Source: a virus (lineage: Duplodnaviria; Caudoviricetes). From it: a stretch of 64,000 nucleotides of DNA. Below are positions 52,146-60,700 of the stretch, piece by piece. The notes under the pieces are model-generated. The model was not told the origin of the DNA. It was given only the letters and a program-made list of their open reading frames with translations, and made no database searches. The translations under genes and the position numbers were made by a program. The stretch covers positions 160,001 to 224,000 of IMG/VR virus record IMGVR_UViG_642918906_000001. One strand, written 5' to 3'. The stretch's first letter is position 1, and every line of letters begins with the position of its first letter.

Positions 52146-52634
52146 ATGTTTAAACAGTTTATCTTGTGGTTGGTAACTAAGTTACTGACCCCGCGTGATC
52201 GCCTGCAACTTGTAGTGGATGATGGCTTCCTGGCCAACCCTCGTCGCACTATTGACAACCTTTACCATGTGGCCCACTCTAATAAACACGGTGTAAAATT
52301 CGAATCATTTGACCGTGTATCGGCAAAGCGGCTATCTGAATTCGATATCTCTGGGTCTGTCTATATAGCCGTACTGTTTGCCTTACATGACAAACTTATT
52401 GCATGCACTGGCGGCAGTTGTTTTGAAGAGGAGGTTCGCAACTTCTTCCATAAAGTGAACACTATTAAAGGTCATGGTAACCGTCTGAAGGTTAGTAAAG
52501 ATCTTTTCGAGTTGGTACGCAAAGAGACCCTGTTTGCCAACGAGCAAGATATTAATCTGGTAGCGCATGTATTGCAGCACCAGTACATCGACACTGAAGC
52601 AACTACTAAATTCCTCACTAACACTGGAGTGTAA
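52146..52634 (+). CDS. Hypothetical protein
   Basis: GAGGA RBS; 162 aa. Confidence 0.7.
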   Translation: MFKQFILWLVTKLLTPRDRLQLVVDDGFLANPRRTIDNLYHVAHSNKHGVKFESFDRVSAKRLSEFDISGSVYIAVLFALHDKLIACTGGSCFEEEVRNFFHKVNTIKGHGNRLKVSKDLFELVRKETLFANEQDINLVAHVLQHQYIDTEATTKFLTNTGV

Positions 52635-52637
52635 CCC

Positions 52638-53162
52638 ATGAGCCTTATCCAATCGATTGCCAAAACTATCTACACCACCTTCGTTCCTGAGAACGTGCGT
52701 CAAGAAGAAGCTACAGCTATTCTGTCCGATAACAACCGTGCTAGTATGGCGTTGTCTTACATCGGTAAAGAAGCGGCTACGCTCGATCACAGCTCGCAGG
52801 AATACAAACGTGCCTTGGGTGCAGCTGAAGCTCTGGTACTACTGCACAACCGTGCGTCTAGCTTTACTCAGATGTGCCGTAGTATGGTACGCCGTACTTC
52901 CACAGATTCGTACTACGTTACTGCTGTTCTGGGTAACCTGGTTTATAAAACTGAATCGTTGGCATCTGGTCAAACCTCTACCCAAGGTGGTGAAGCTGAT
53001 AAACTGCTGAAAGCTATCGCCGTTGAAGTAGCTGCTGCGAAAGAAGAGAAGTCTTTCATCAAACGTCGTAGCATTATCCGCAATGCGGTTAAGCGTGAGC
53101 TCCCAACGATGACTGCTGACGACCTGAGTCTGGCCGTTGAATTGATCCTCAATAATGTGTAA
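52638..53162 (+). CDS. Hypothetical protein
   Basis: GGAG RBS; 174 aa, helical. Confidence 0.7.
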   Translation: MSLIQSIAKTIYTTFVPENVRQEEATAILSDNNRASMALSYIGKEAATLDHSSQEYKRALGAAEALVLLHNRASSFTQMCRSMVRRTSTDSYYVTAVLGNLVYKTESLASGQTSTQGGEADKLLKAIAVEVAAAKEEKSFIKRRSIIRNAVKRELPTMTADDLSLAVELILNNV

Positions 53163-53183
53163 TTCACTATAAAGGATTCTTTA

Positions 53184-53783
53184 ATGGAAAGTATTATCAC
53201 TGGCCTTACTTGGGCCAAAGGTCTTGAGTCCGCTGACGGCGTAGCTCAGGTAGTAGATGTAAAAGAAGCTAAGTCTCACATTGACATTGATGACGTCGAT
53301 CAAAACGATGTTAAAGATGAAGACACTGAGACCCTACCTAATACCGATGGTGGTGATGAAGTTAAGGTTGCTACTGACCATGACGTGGTCTCGGCTGAAT
53401 CGGCGACAGTAGTGTCTGGTGATGAAGGCGGTAAAGTGATCGAGGCCATGTCCGTCGATCCTATCTCTGGTGCAGCTAAGCGGTTTGTGATCTCGGGCTT
53501 TAATGCCCAGACTAACCCAGCTGCCGAGCCGGGTGATAACCTGCTGAGTCTGGTAATCCTGTTGCAGAACGGTATTATCCCAGAAGTAGGTGTTAACGGT
53601 GTTACATGTGAAGACCTTCTGAAAGTAGTCGAGGAAGTTTTCGTAAGCTTCCAAGAAGGTAAGTTCGCATGTGAAGAAAACGAGGAAGTCCTCCAAGGTG
53701 TACGTATGGCACAAGCAGCCATTACTAAACGCCTGCTTCGTCGTGAATCCCAAGGTACCGAAGGGACCTACAAAGGTAACTGA
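53184..53783 (+). CDS. Tad1-like cyclic-nucleotide sponge domain with acidic N-terminal propeptide
   Basis: C-terminal LQNG.IPEVGVNGVT.EDLL...FQEGKFACEEN...KR..RRE..G.EGT matches the Tad1 pattern FQ.GP..E.GVNG...EDL...FQ...F.CREN...R...R..G.EGT. Confidence 0.75.
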   Translation: MESIITGLTWAKGLESADGVAQVVDVKEAKSHIDIDDVDQNDVKDEDTETLPNTDGGDEVKVATDHDVVSAESATVVSGDEGGKVIEAMSVDPISGAAKRFVISGFNAQTNPAAEPGDNLLSLVILLQNGIIPEVGVNGVTCEDLLKVVEEVFVSFQEGKFACEENEEVLQGVRMAQAAITKRLLRRESQGTEGTYKGN

Positions 53784-53816
53784 CATAACGCCCTTCCTTC
53801 GGGAAGGGCTTTATTT
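53782..53816 (+). terminator. Hairpin terminator (palindrome family)
   Basis: GACATAACGCCCTTCC-TTCG-GGAAGGGC-TTTATTT. Confidence 0.75.
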
Positions 53817-53829
53817 CGTAGTAGAAAAT

Positions 53830-53847
53830 ATTTGAGATTTATATTAC
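53830..53847 (+). promoter_or_regulatory. Putative early promoter TATATTAC
   Basis: ATTTGAGATTTATATTAC; exact phiKZ early motif and a 15-nt match to 23890-23904. Confidence 0.7.
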
Positions 53848-53882
53848 TGCTATGTATTCTAAACTAGATGTAAGAATAACCC

Positions 53883-54005
53883 ATGATTGAGGAAATGCGG
53901 TCTGTCCCACCTGAACCAAGTCATGTTCCAGAACTACCGATGTCACCATTACGGCGGTGGTTACTGAAACTCAAATATAAACTGCGGAGTTTATTCAATG
54001 CGTAA
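53883..54005 (+). CDS. Small hypothetical protein (40 aa, not in ORF track)
   Basis: MIEEMRSVPPEPSHVPELPMSPLRRWLLKLKYKLRSLFNA; first ORF after the promoter, overlaps the next start. Confidence 0.4.
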   Translation: MIEEMRSVPPEPSHVPELPMSPLRRWLLKLKYKLRSLFNA

Positions 54006-54489
54006 TTGTCCTACCGGATATTGTGGTGACCCTTGTTTGTGCAAAGGTGCGCTCGATCATCTCAGTCGTAGCGATGCCAAAGACATGTTGCGTCTGGCTG
54101 ATAATCGCATTAAAGCCATTGATGCAAAAGCGGCTAGTGAGAAACATGGCGAAACCCTCGTACCGTATGCGGCTATTGAGGTAGTACTGTGTGCACTCAA
54201 GTATAACGGTGGCATTGTCAAATGCAACGAGTTATTGCATCGAGTGTTACTGACCAAGCCAACTGACCGAATTGAAACTATATCTGGTATCAAATCGGTT
54301 CTACTGGACGTTGAGGGTGATCCAATCTTCAAGGCCGGTAATGTACCTGAAACTAATACTCGTATCAGGTTCGAGGTATTGCAATGGGGTGATACCGTTG
54401 GGGTATCTGTAGACTGCGAAGGCGGTTACATTCAAGAAGCCTACACCAAACTCAACTACACAACTGTTTTTCTACCAGAGGGTCTTTAA
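53998..54489 (+). CDS. Hypothetical protein
   Basis: GGAG RBS; N-terminal Cys cluster. Confidence 0.65.
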   Translation: MRNCPTGYCGDPCLCKGALDHLSRSDAKDMLRLADNRIKAIDAKAASEKHGETLVPYAAIEVVLCALKYNGGIVKCNELLHRVLLTKPTDRIETISGIKSVLLDVEGDPIFKAGNVPETNTRIRFEVLQWGDTVGVSVDCEGGYIQEAYTKLNYTTVFLPEGL

Positions 54490-55710
54490 ATGAGCGTTGT
54501 AAACTATTCGGACTTGGTCCAACTGTTCCCATCCGACGTTTTGGTGCAAATGGCTGAAGCTATCACCGTTGAGTTACGTAATCGGAATACCAGCCATAAT
54601 AGTACTAAACTGGAAGATCTCCGTGAGCGCTATGGTGCCGATGGTAACCGTCTACTGCAACTCCCAGTGTCAGGTTATCATGAACATATGTTAAACCAGT
54701 TTGGTATGGGCGTGCCTGGCCAAATGAACCTACCTCCGGTTAACTACAATCAGGTACCACAGGCTAGTTTCGGCAGCGTACAAACTGCGTATGAACTCAA
54801 CGATCTTCCTTTCAGCACTACGTTCGATATCGACTTCAATAAGTTCGTGTATCGTCCGACTGGACACGGTCTGAAGTCGTTGCAGGAGTTGTTCGGTAGC
54901 TCACTGATTGAAGAAGTGCGTCGTCTGGCTAACGATGACATGGAGATCTTTATCGACCCAACGCTGCTGCCTAACGGTCAGGTGCATCTGCATAACGCGC
55001 CTATTGGTTCGACTATTACCATCGCAGCTACGTTGCGTCAACTGGTAGACTGGTATAACGGTCTTCCTCCAGTACTGGAAGAAAGCGTTGTAGTGGAACC
55101 ACTTCGTTACATTGGTGGTTGGAGTGTCCATGGTGACCAAAACCAACTCCTGCTGGAATACGATGGTAAGTCTCTGGAAGCCGAAGGTGAGATTAACGGT
55201 AATCAGGTGAAAGGTGTTCCATTCAGAGCCAACCGTACTATCCAGTTGATCCCAAACTCCAACATACCTGAGTTGATGGAACAAGGGCGGATCAATGTAG
55301 GGGCGACGATTGAGCGGCTTCCAGCGATTAAGTCGGTGTATGTCGAAGTAGGTGGCCATATGCTCCGCGCTGTGACTAAGACTAACCCAACTGCACAATT
55401 CCAACCATCCCTGGAAAGCACTCTTTTCAAACTACTGGATATGCGCCTCGGTATTGAACTCAAAGCTGGCATGACTGATTGCTTTGGTGAGATTATTGAG
55501 TGGAGTCATCTGCTGGGTGATGAGACCATCACGCTCGACCTCACCTTGGCTGCACGGTATAATCCAGATCGAGCTGAAATCGTTACCACGACTACGCCAG
55601 TTGAATTTATTCATAACGGTCCTAAAGGATCGTACCTGAGTTCACTGCTCTCGATGCCTAACTGTGGTATCCTCGCATTCGATCTCAGCGCTGTAATCGA
55701 AACTAACTAA
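54490..55710 (+). CDS. Hypothetical protein; C-terminal half may resemble a phiKZ-type major capsid protein domain
   Basis: 406-aa ORF; resemblance judged from remembered pattern only. Confidence 0.6.
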   Translation: MSVVNYSDLVQLFPSDVLVQMAEAITVELRNRNTSHNSTKLEDLRERYGADGNRLLQLPVSGYHEHMLNQFGMGVPGQMNLPPVNYNQVPQASFGSVQTAYELNDLPFSTTFDIDFNKFVYRPTGHGLKSLQELFGSSLIEEVRRLANDDMEIFIDPTLLPNGQVHLHNAPIGSTITIAATLRQLVDWYNGLPPVLEESVVVEPLRYIGGWSVHGDQNQLLLEYDGKSLEAEGEINGNQVKGVPFRANRTIQLIPNSNIPELMEQGRINVGATIERLPAIKSVYVEVGGHMLRAVTKTNPTAQFQPSLESTLFKLLDMRLGIELKAGMTDCFGEIIEWSHLLGDETITLDLTLAARYNPDRAEIVTTTTPVEFIHNGPKGSYLSSLLSMPNCGILAFDLSAVIETN

Positions 55711-55739
55711 TTCAAACACACTAGAAGGAAAACTGAAAA

Positions 55740-56150
55740 ATGGCTAAAGAACTCAAATCCCGTGGCTACGCTGAAGAACACAAACTGAACGAAGTATTCG
55801 TACTGAACGAAGCCAATGGTTTCGACGTACCGGCTGACGTTTATAACACTCTGGTTCTGGAACCAGCGGGTATTACACTGGACCAAGAGAAGAAGCGTGT
55901 TAAGCTGGAAGGCGAACTCCTGACCGGCGCACTGCTGGTAGGCGGCGAGCAAGTAGGTGATCGCTTCAAGACCGATACCAACCTGCAAGAAGTTAGCATG
56001 ACCATTCCAATGGGTCCTAACCGTACGGCATCGGCTATCTTTGGTCGTGGCGTTGAAACCGTAGTTCAGGTTCAGACTAAGATCGACACTGCTGAGATGA
56101 AGCGTGTGCTGGCACACGTGAACCACCTGTTCGAAGACGTGTCGAACTAA
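55740..56150 (+). CDS. Hypothetical protein (gp186-like position)
   Basis: AAGGA RBS; biased codon usage suggests high expression. Confidence 0.75.
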   Translation: MAKELKSRGYAEEHKLNEVFVLNEANGFDVPADVYNTLVLEPAGITLDQEKKRVKLEGELLTGALLVGGEQVGDRFKTDTNLQEVSMTIPMGPNRTASAIFGRGVETVVQVQTKIDTAEMKRVLAHVNHLFEDVSN

Positions 56151-56162
56151 GTCATTAAGACT

Positions 56163-56200
56163 GGGGGTCCCGAAAGGGACTCCCTTCTTATTATTTTTTT
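56163..56200 (+). terminator. Intrinsic terminator
   Basis: GGGGGTCCC-GAAA-GGGACTCCC followed by a T-rich tail. Confidence 0.7.
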
Positions 56201-56213
56201 ACGTGGAAGTTTT

Positions 56214-56597
56214 ATGAATATCGAAGACTTTAAAAACTATCAGGAGTCTATCATTGAATTCTGCAAAGCAAACGACATCCGTGAATTCCCAGAAACGTAC
56301 TTTGTCTACCGTAAGCGCCTTGTTGAAATCGCTAATGATAAATCCATTGATAACACAGTGCGAATCAACGCCGCCGAGTTGCATAGTCAAATCAAGTGGA
56401 CCTTTAATGCTGTCTACGGTCGCGGCCTCGCTGATCAACTAAGGAAGTATCCAGAGTCGACCCTCTATGATAATGGACAGTGTTTGACTACACGTTGCCG
56501 TACTAAAGTGGTACAACTAGCTGAGCGCTTTGCATTTAAACCCCAACCTCTGGTGTTGGGTATCAAACATTACTGGGCGTTAAACAATGGGACTTGA
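56214..56597 (+). CDS. Hypothetical protein
   Basis: 127-aa ORF in operon. Confidence 0.6.
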   Translation: MNIEDFKNYQESIIEFCKANDIREFPETYFVYRKRLVEIANDKSIDNTVRINAAELHSQIKWTFNAVYGRGLADQLRKYPESTLYDNGQCLTTRCRTKVVQLAERFAFKPQPLVLGIKHYWALNNGT

Positions 56598-56955
56598 TAC
56601 AGACATCTATCGTGTTAATCGTAAGAAGGCTGAAGCGGCCATCTGCAAAAGTTATGATGGTACTAAAGAGTATATTGATTACTGGAGTATCACCGATGAC
56701 GTTGAATCAGTTTGCTACCAGCGTAAGAACTACTTTCTTCAAGGGCTACTCGAAGAACTTACTTGGAGTAACCAATGTGAGTATATCGAGTTAACTAAAC
56801 TCCATGTACACCACTTGGTGTACTGTATGCAGCAGCGATATAAATGGCAGAATAGTTTCGAACGAAAGCGCGCTGCGACGATAGTGAGGGATTTGAAACA
56901 AGTCCTCCATAACTTCGACTGGGATCGTGACATGCTAGTTTGGAACTGGTGCTAA
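56587..56955 (+). CDS. Conserved phage hypothetical protein (MGLD...Y.RK.. type)
   Basis: MGLDTDIY, YQRKN, NQCEYIELT, FDW. Confidence 0.65.
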   Translation: MGLDTDIYRVNRKKAEAAICKSYDGTKEYIDYWSITDDVESVCYQRKNYFLQGLLEELTWSNQCEYIELTKLHVHHLVYCMQQRYKWQNSFERKRAATIVRDLKQVLHNFDWDRDMLVWNWC

Positions 56956-57032
56956 CGAAGTTTTACTAGTGTGATGAATATTGTAGGAGATCTACTCCTA
57001 CCAATTCTTAAATTTGTTATAAAGGTAATTCA

Positions 57033-58106
57033 ATGTCCGACAATCGTACTTTCATTGTTCTTGATGGTCCAGACTTCTCCGGTAAGTCTACCCTGATGAA
57101 AGCTTTCCTTGCCCGTGTCGAAGCCGAGGGTATTGATCACGTTGCTATGCGTGAGCCCGGCGGTATCCCAGGCAGCGGTTCGCTTGCTGAGGAAATCCGT
57201 GTTGCTTTGATCGCTAATCGTGATGAACGTGTCCATCCAGAGACTGATGTACTGTTGCATATGGCCTACCGTGTGCAAAACGTTAAAGACATCATTCTCC
57301 CCGCATTGGCCGATAACAAGTGGGTGATCTCTGATCGTTTTGTGTTCTCGACTTGGTGCCTGAATGTTCAAGCTCATCTCGAAACGCACCCGTACCTGAC
57401 TGATATGCTTTACGGCCTGATGCCGTACGTACTACAAGGTCTGCCTGAACCACTGACGTTCATTCTGGATACTCCACGTGAAATCCGTGATCAGCGTGCT
57501 AACTCTGACGAACGTAAGAAAGATCGTTATGAATCGCAGCCTGCCGCGGTACACGATCGTATCGAAGCAGCTTACGAGCAACTGCGTTCTAGTCCAAGCT
57601 GCAAGTTCATTGATGGTACTCTGCCAATCGAAGAACAAGTGGACATCATGTTTGCTTACATCAAAGGCTTCAAAGAACAAGTCCTCGGTCAAATGGCTGA
57701 AGCTGAAGAACGTTCTGGTCTGATGAAAGACGAACGTGAACAAGCACGTGACATGGCTGAACAGATTCGTGACGAACTGAACGCTGACGAATCGTGGGAT
57801 CTGGAAACCGAAGTTGCTAAGTATGTTGAGACTAACATCACTGCAATGGCAGACCAACTGTTCCAAGGTGCTGACCCAGAAGCACTGGCTAAAGAAACCG
57901 AGTTCGCTAAAGAGTTCGCTGCTAATATTGCACGTACTACCTTTGAGCGTACTAATGGTGACCGTACTGTGTTCCACCCTACTCGGGTTGGACAGATCAA
58001 TCAGAAAGTTCACTCGATGCTTAGCTGGGGCTTTGCACGAGATTCATGGGCGAAGCATTTCGCCAATGGTGGCGATAATGGCGCAAATCAAACTCAACAA
58101 GCTTGA
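57033..58106 (+). CDS. tmk: Thymidylate kinase with C-terminal extension (gp188-like)
   Basis: LDGPDFSGKST P-loop, REPGG, VISDRF, DRYE. Confidence 0.9.
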   Translation: MSDNRTFIVLDGPDFSGKSTLMKAFLARVEAEGIDHVAMREPGGIPGSGSLAEEIRVALIANRDERVHPETDVLLHMAYRVQNVKDIILPALADNKWVISDRFVFSTWCLNVQAHLETHPYLTDMLYGLMPYVLQGLPEPLTFILDTPREIRDQRANSDERKKDRYESQPAAVHDRIEAAYEQLRSSPSCKFIDGTLPIEEQVDIMFAYIKGFKEQVLGQMAEAEERSGLMKDEREQARDMAEQIRDELNADESWDLETEVAKYVETNITAMADQLFQGADPEALAKETEFAKEFAANIARTTFERTNGDRTVFHPTRVGQINQKVHSMLSWGFARDSWAKHFANGGDNGANQTQQA

Positions 58107-58299
58107 TTTGTGGAAGTACGCTGACTGCGAGTTCCAATCGCAGGTAGGTGGCCATCGAGTCCGTGTGATCTTAAAGTCTACGGATTCGAAACATGCCATT
58201 GTATCAAACTACTATCACCGAATCAATACTTACAAAATCAGTCTCAAATCATTTCTTGAATCATTTACTCTGGTAGAGGATACCACACGCAATGTCTGA
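58078..58299 (+). CDS. Small hypothetical protein
   Basis: MAQIKL start after GGTGG; paralog of the next gene. Confidence 0.55.
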   Translation: MAQIKLNKLDLWKYADCEFQSQVGGHRVRVILKSTDSKHAIVSNYYHRINTYKISLKSFLESFTLVEDTTRNV

Positions 58300-58528
58300 A
58301 ACACTGTCGAAAGGCACCCTGTATGTACGCGCAGCTGAAGTGGGCGATCTGAAAGACTATTACGGCCGTACGTTCATTATTCGTAAGAACAGCGCTGTCA
58401 AAGCAGTCAAGCTTGAGAAAGTAAAAGGTTCTAAAGCTTATCTGGAATACACTGAAGGTCGAGTAGATTCATTTAGTATTCCGCTGAATGAGTTTTTGAA
58501 GTACTATGAATTGCCACAGAAAGGGTAA
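58292..58528 (+). CDS. Small hypothetical protein
   Basis: GAGGA RBS; overlaps the upstream stop. Confidence 0.65.
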   Translation: MSETLSKGTLYVRAAEVGDLKDYYGRTFIIRKNSAVKAVKLEKVKGSKAYLEYTEGRVDSFSIPLNEFLKYYELPQKG

Positions 58529-58531
58529 GCC

Positions 58532-58897
58532 ATGACATTTAAAGTTTCTAACAACCTTGCAATGCTGGCCATGTTGATGACTGGTCTGTATGACGCTAAC
58601 GCTCAGGATCTTGATAACGAAGTTACCATGACAATGGGCGATGTTCGGATGGGTGAATCCGTATACGTAGATGCAACTAAGTCTAAGTATCAGATACACC
58701 TTCGTTTGGAGAAAGGACTCGATGCTAAACTCCAAATCGAGTACTGGCCTAAAGACGAAGAAGGTTTGGTCGAGGGTCACCTACAGCACACTGTGGAAGT
58801 TGATTGCAACGATCCAGATACTTGGATCGAACCAATGATCATTCTTCAGAACGTGTTGGACGGTAAGTGTGAACCTGAAGACGAGTGTGAAGAGTAA
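58532..58897 (+). CDS. Acidic hypothetical protein
   Basis: 121-aa ORF ending at a terminator. Confidence 0.65.
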   Translation: MTFKVSNNLAMLAMLMTGLYDANAQDLDNEVTMTMGDVRMGESVYVDATKSKYQIHLRLEKGLDAKLQIEYWPKDEEGLVEGHLQHTVEVDCNDPDTWIEPMIILQNVLDGKCEPEDECEE

Positions 58898-58901
58898 ATA
58901 A

Positions 58902-58925
58902 AGTGTCCTCCTTCGGGAGGACATT
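58902..58925 (+). terminator. Hairpin terminator
   Basis: GTGTCCTCC-TTCG-GGAGGACAT. Confidence 0.7.
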
Positions 58926-58952
58926 ATTCCGTATTAGACAGAGGGTAACAAA

Positions 58953-59372
58953 ATGGCTAAAGTATCTCCGTTGTTGGGTCGCACTAAGTTTGACTGGGGT
59001 ATCCGTCTCGGCGCGCTGGTATACGAAATCGGTAATTGGGCACTGAACATGGGCGATGAGGGTACTAAACGCTCCAGCGGCTCCATCATGCGTAACGGTT
59101 ACCGTTTCGTTTACACAAGTAAGAAATTTGGTCGTCATCGTACACAAGCCACATGTATTTCGATTTACGGTAGAGGTAAGGCCTATATCTTCGGTTCACG
59201 TAATTATAGTCTAGATGGCGTTAACTGTATTACCTCTGGTGTGGAAGTAACCGACTATAAGGAAATGTATAAATTCTTAGAGCGTCGCGTATATGCTACG
59301 TTTAACGCTAAAATAGCTTCTGAGATTATGTCCGAGGCAGATTCCCTTTATGATGTCCTAACCTCGAGGTAA
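58953..59372 (+). CDS. Hypothetical protein
   Basis: GAGGG RBS; 139 aa. Confidence 0.65.
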   Translation: MAKVSPLLGRTKFDWGIRLGALVYEIGNWALNMGDEGTKRSSGSIMRNGYRFVYTSKKFGRHRTQATCISIYGRGKAYIFGSRNYSLDGVNCITSGVEVTDYKEMYKFLERRVYATFNAKIASEIMSEADSLYDVLTSR

Positions 59373-59377
59373 TAACC

Positions 59378-59620
59378 ATGCACCAGTATGATCCAAATCG
59401 TGAACTCGAACTCCACATGAGTGTTGGCACCGCTGACGCTGATAGCGTGACGGACAACTTTGCAGTACTGATTGATCGGGGTCCTTTGGACGCAGGTCAA
59501 CTACAAAGTATGTACGAGGGCGGTTGGCACCTTATTAGTGGCCCTGTGGTAGTTGATACCATCGAGGTGAATGTGAGTTTCTATTACTACACCTTTCACA
59601 AACGTGCTTTTCACGGATAA
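59378..59620 (+). CDS. Hypothetical protein
   Basis: GAGGT RBS; GW.L.S..V...Y.F.R pattern reminiscent of small DUF4177/DUF1737-like domains. Confidence 0.6.
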   Translation: MHQYDPNRELELHMSVGTADADSVTDNFAVLIDRGPLDAGQLQSMYEGGWHLISGPVVVDTIEVNVSFYYYTFHKRAFHG

Positions 59621-59624
59621 ATAA

Positions 59625-60317
59625 ATGAAACGTATCCATTGGGTAATTGTTGGCATCATTGCCGTGATTATTTTGACCTGTCGTATTCAGGGTGTGCACG
59701 CCGCACCCATGCAATATTTCGGTACACCTATATTCTACGGTAAGTACTCTACCGATAAAGTTGAATGTGTTTTCAATCAGTCAGCCGCCTATGGGTTTTG
59801 CGGTGACATCCGTGACCCTGAAGAAGGGGTAGTCGGTCTAACTAATCCCAATGATCCAACTAAAGGTGTTGGGGCAATGGTCAGGCTATTCACTGAGGTC
59901 GTATGTGTAAAGGGTGAATGCGCTAGTAACTATGGCGAGCCATTAGGTCGTATTGCTGATACTCGTACTAGTTATTGGTATATCCCAACTGGCTACTACC
60001 TTGGTAATAAAGGTGAGAACGCATTAGCTTACCGTCAAGGTACTGGACCAATGGCTAATGAATTCCCTATGTCGTCAATCAAAGTGTTAGGTGCCCTTCA
60101 GGACCCTCCACGAGGCGTTGTAAGGAAGTATAATGACGATCTTGAGCGGTACAACGTATACTGCAATGAATCGCTTGAGTGTAGCTATATGGGACGTGTG
60201 ATGATGGCTAGTCAGTTAGCTGAATACATCCCCAAGGTACTGACCTATAGCTGCGGTACGGTCTTTTGCTATCACGCAGATAAAACCATTGCTGGCCTAA
60301 ACCCTAGGAAATTTTAA
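59625..60317 (+). CDS. Exported Cys-rich protein
   Basis: Signal-like MKRIHWVIVGIIAVIILT...VHA; four C-x(4-10)-C pairs. Confidence 0.65.
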   Translation: MKRIHWVIVGIIAVIILTCRIQGVHAAPMQYFGTPIFYGKYSTDKVECVFNQSAAYGFCGDIRDPEEGVVGLTNPNDPTKGVGAMVRLFTEVVCVKGECASNYGEPLGRIADTRTSYWYIPTGYYLGNKGENALAYRQGTGPMANEFPMSSIKVLGALQDPPRGVVRKYNDDLERYNVYCNESLECSYMGRVMMASQLAEYIPKVLTYSCGTVFCYHADKTIAGLNPRKF

Positions 60318-60318
60318 G

Positions 60319-60696
60319 ATGTTTAATATTTGGATTACACACGGTATTTTCTACGGCTATTCAGATGCATCCATTATTCATTTTGTTCGCCGGATATGGG
60401 ACATTGAATATGATGTGCCCCTATTGCCAGTAAACGGTAAACTGTTGGGGACTGGTCTGGTACTCTGTCCAGAAGAGAGTGAGCTTGATGAGAAACAGTT
60501 GCTGGAAGAAATAAAGGCTCGCCGTATTGTTCCTGACGATTTCCCACACGGACATTGTGGACGTTATACCTTGGAGCAGAAACTTGCCTTCCTAAACCAT
60601 CCGCTATTTCTCCCTCGCTATAAGCTGATCGTTGAAAGGCTTCGCGGCGAGTTCGATTTGCCTAAACGTAAACCCCTACCTGCTAAAGAGAGCTAA
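60319..60696 (+). CDS. Hypothetical protein
   Basis: WITHGIFYGY motif; tightly packed. Confidence 0.6.
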   Translation: MFNIWITHGIFYGYSDASIIHFVRRIWDIEYDVPLLPVNGKLLGTGLVLCPEESELDEKQLLEEIKARRIVPDDFPHGHCGRYTLEQKLAFLNHPLFLPRYKLIVERLRGEFDLPKRKPLPAKES

Positions 60697-60700
60697 TGAC

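Noticed and set aside
57814-58077. N-terminal 88 codons of the 57814-58299 ORF
   Set aside because: Overlaps tmk out of frame; the plausible start is 58078
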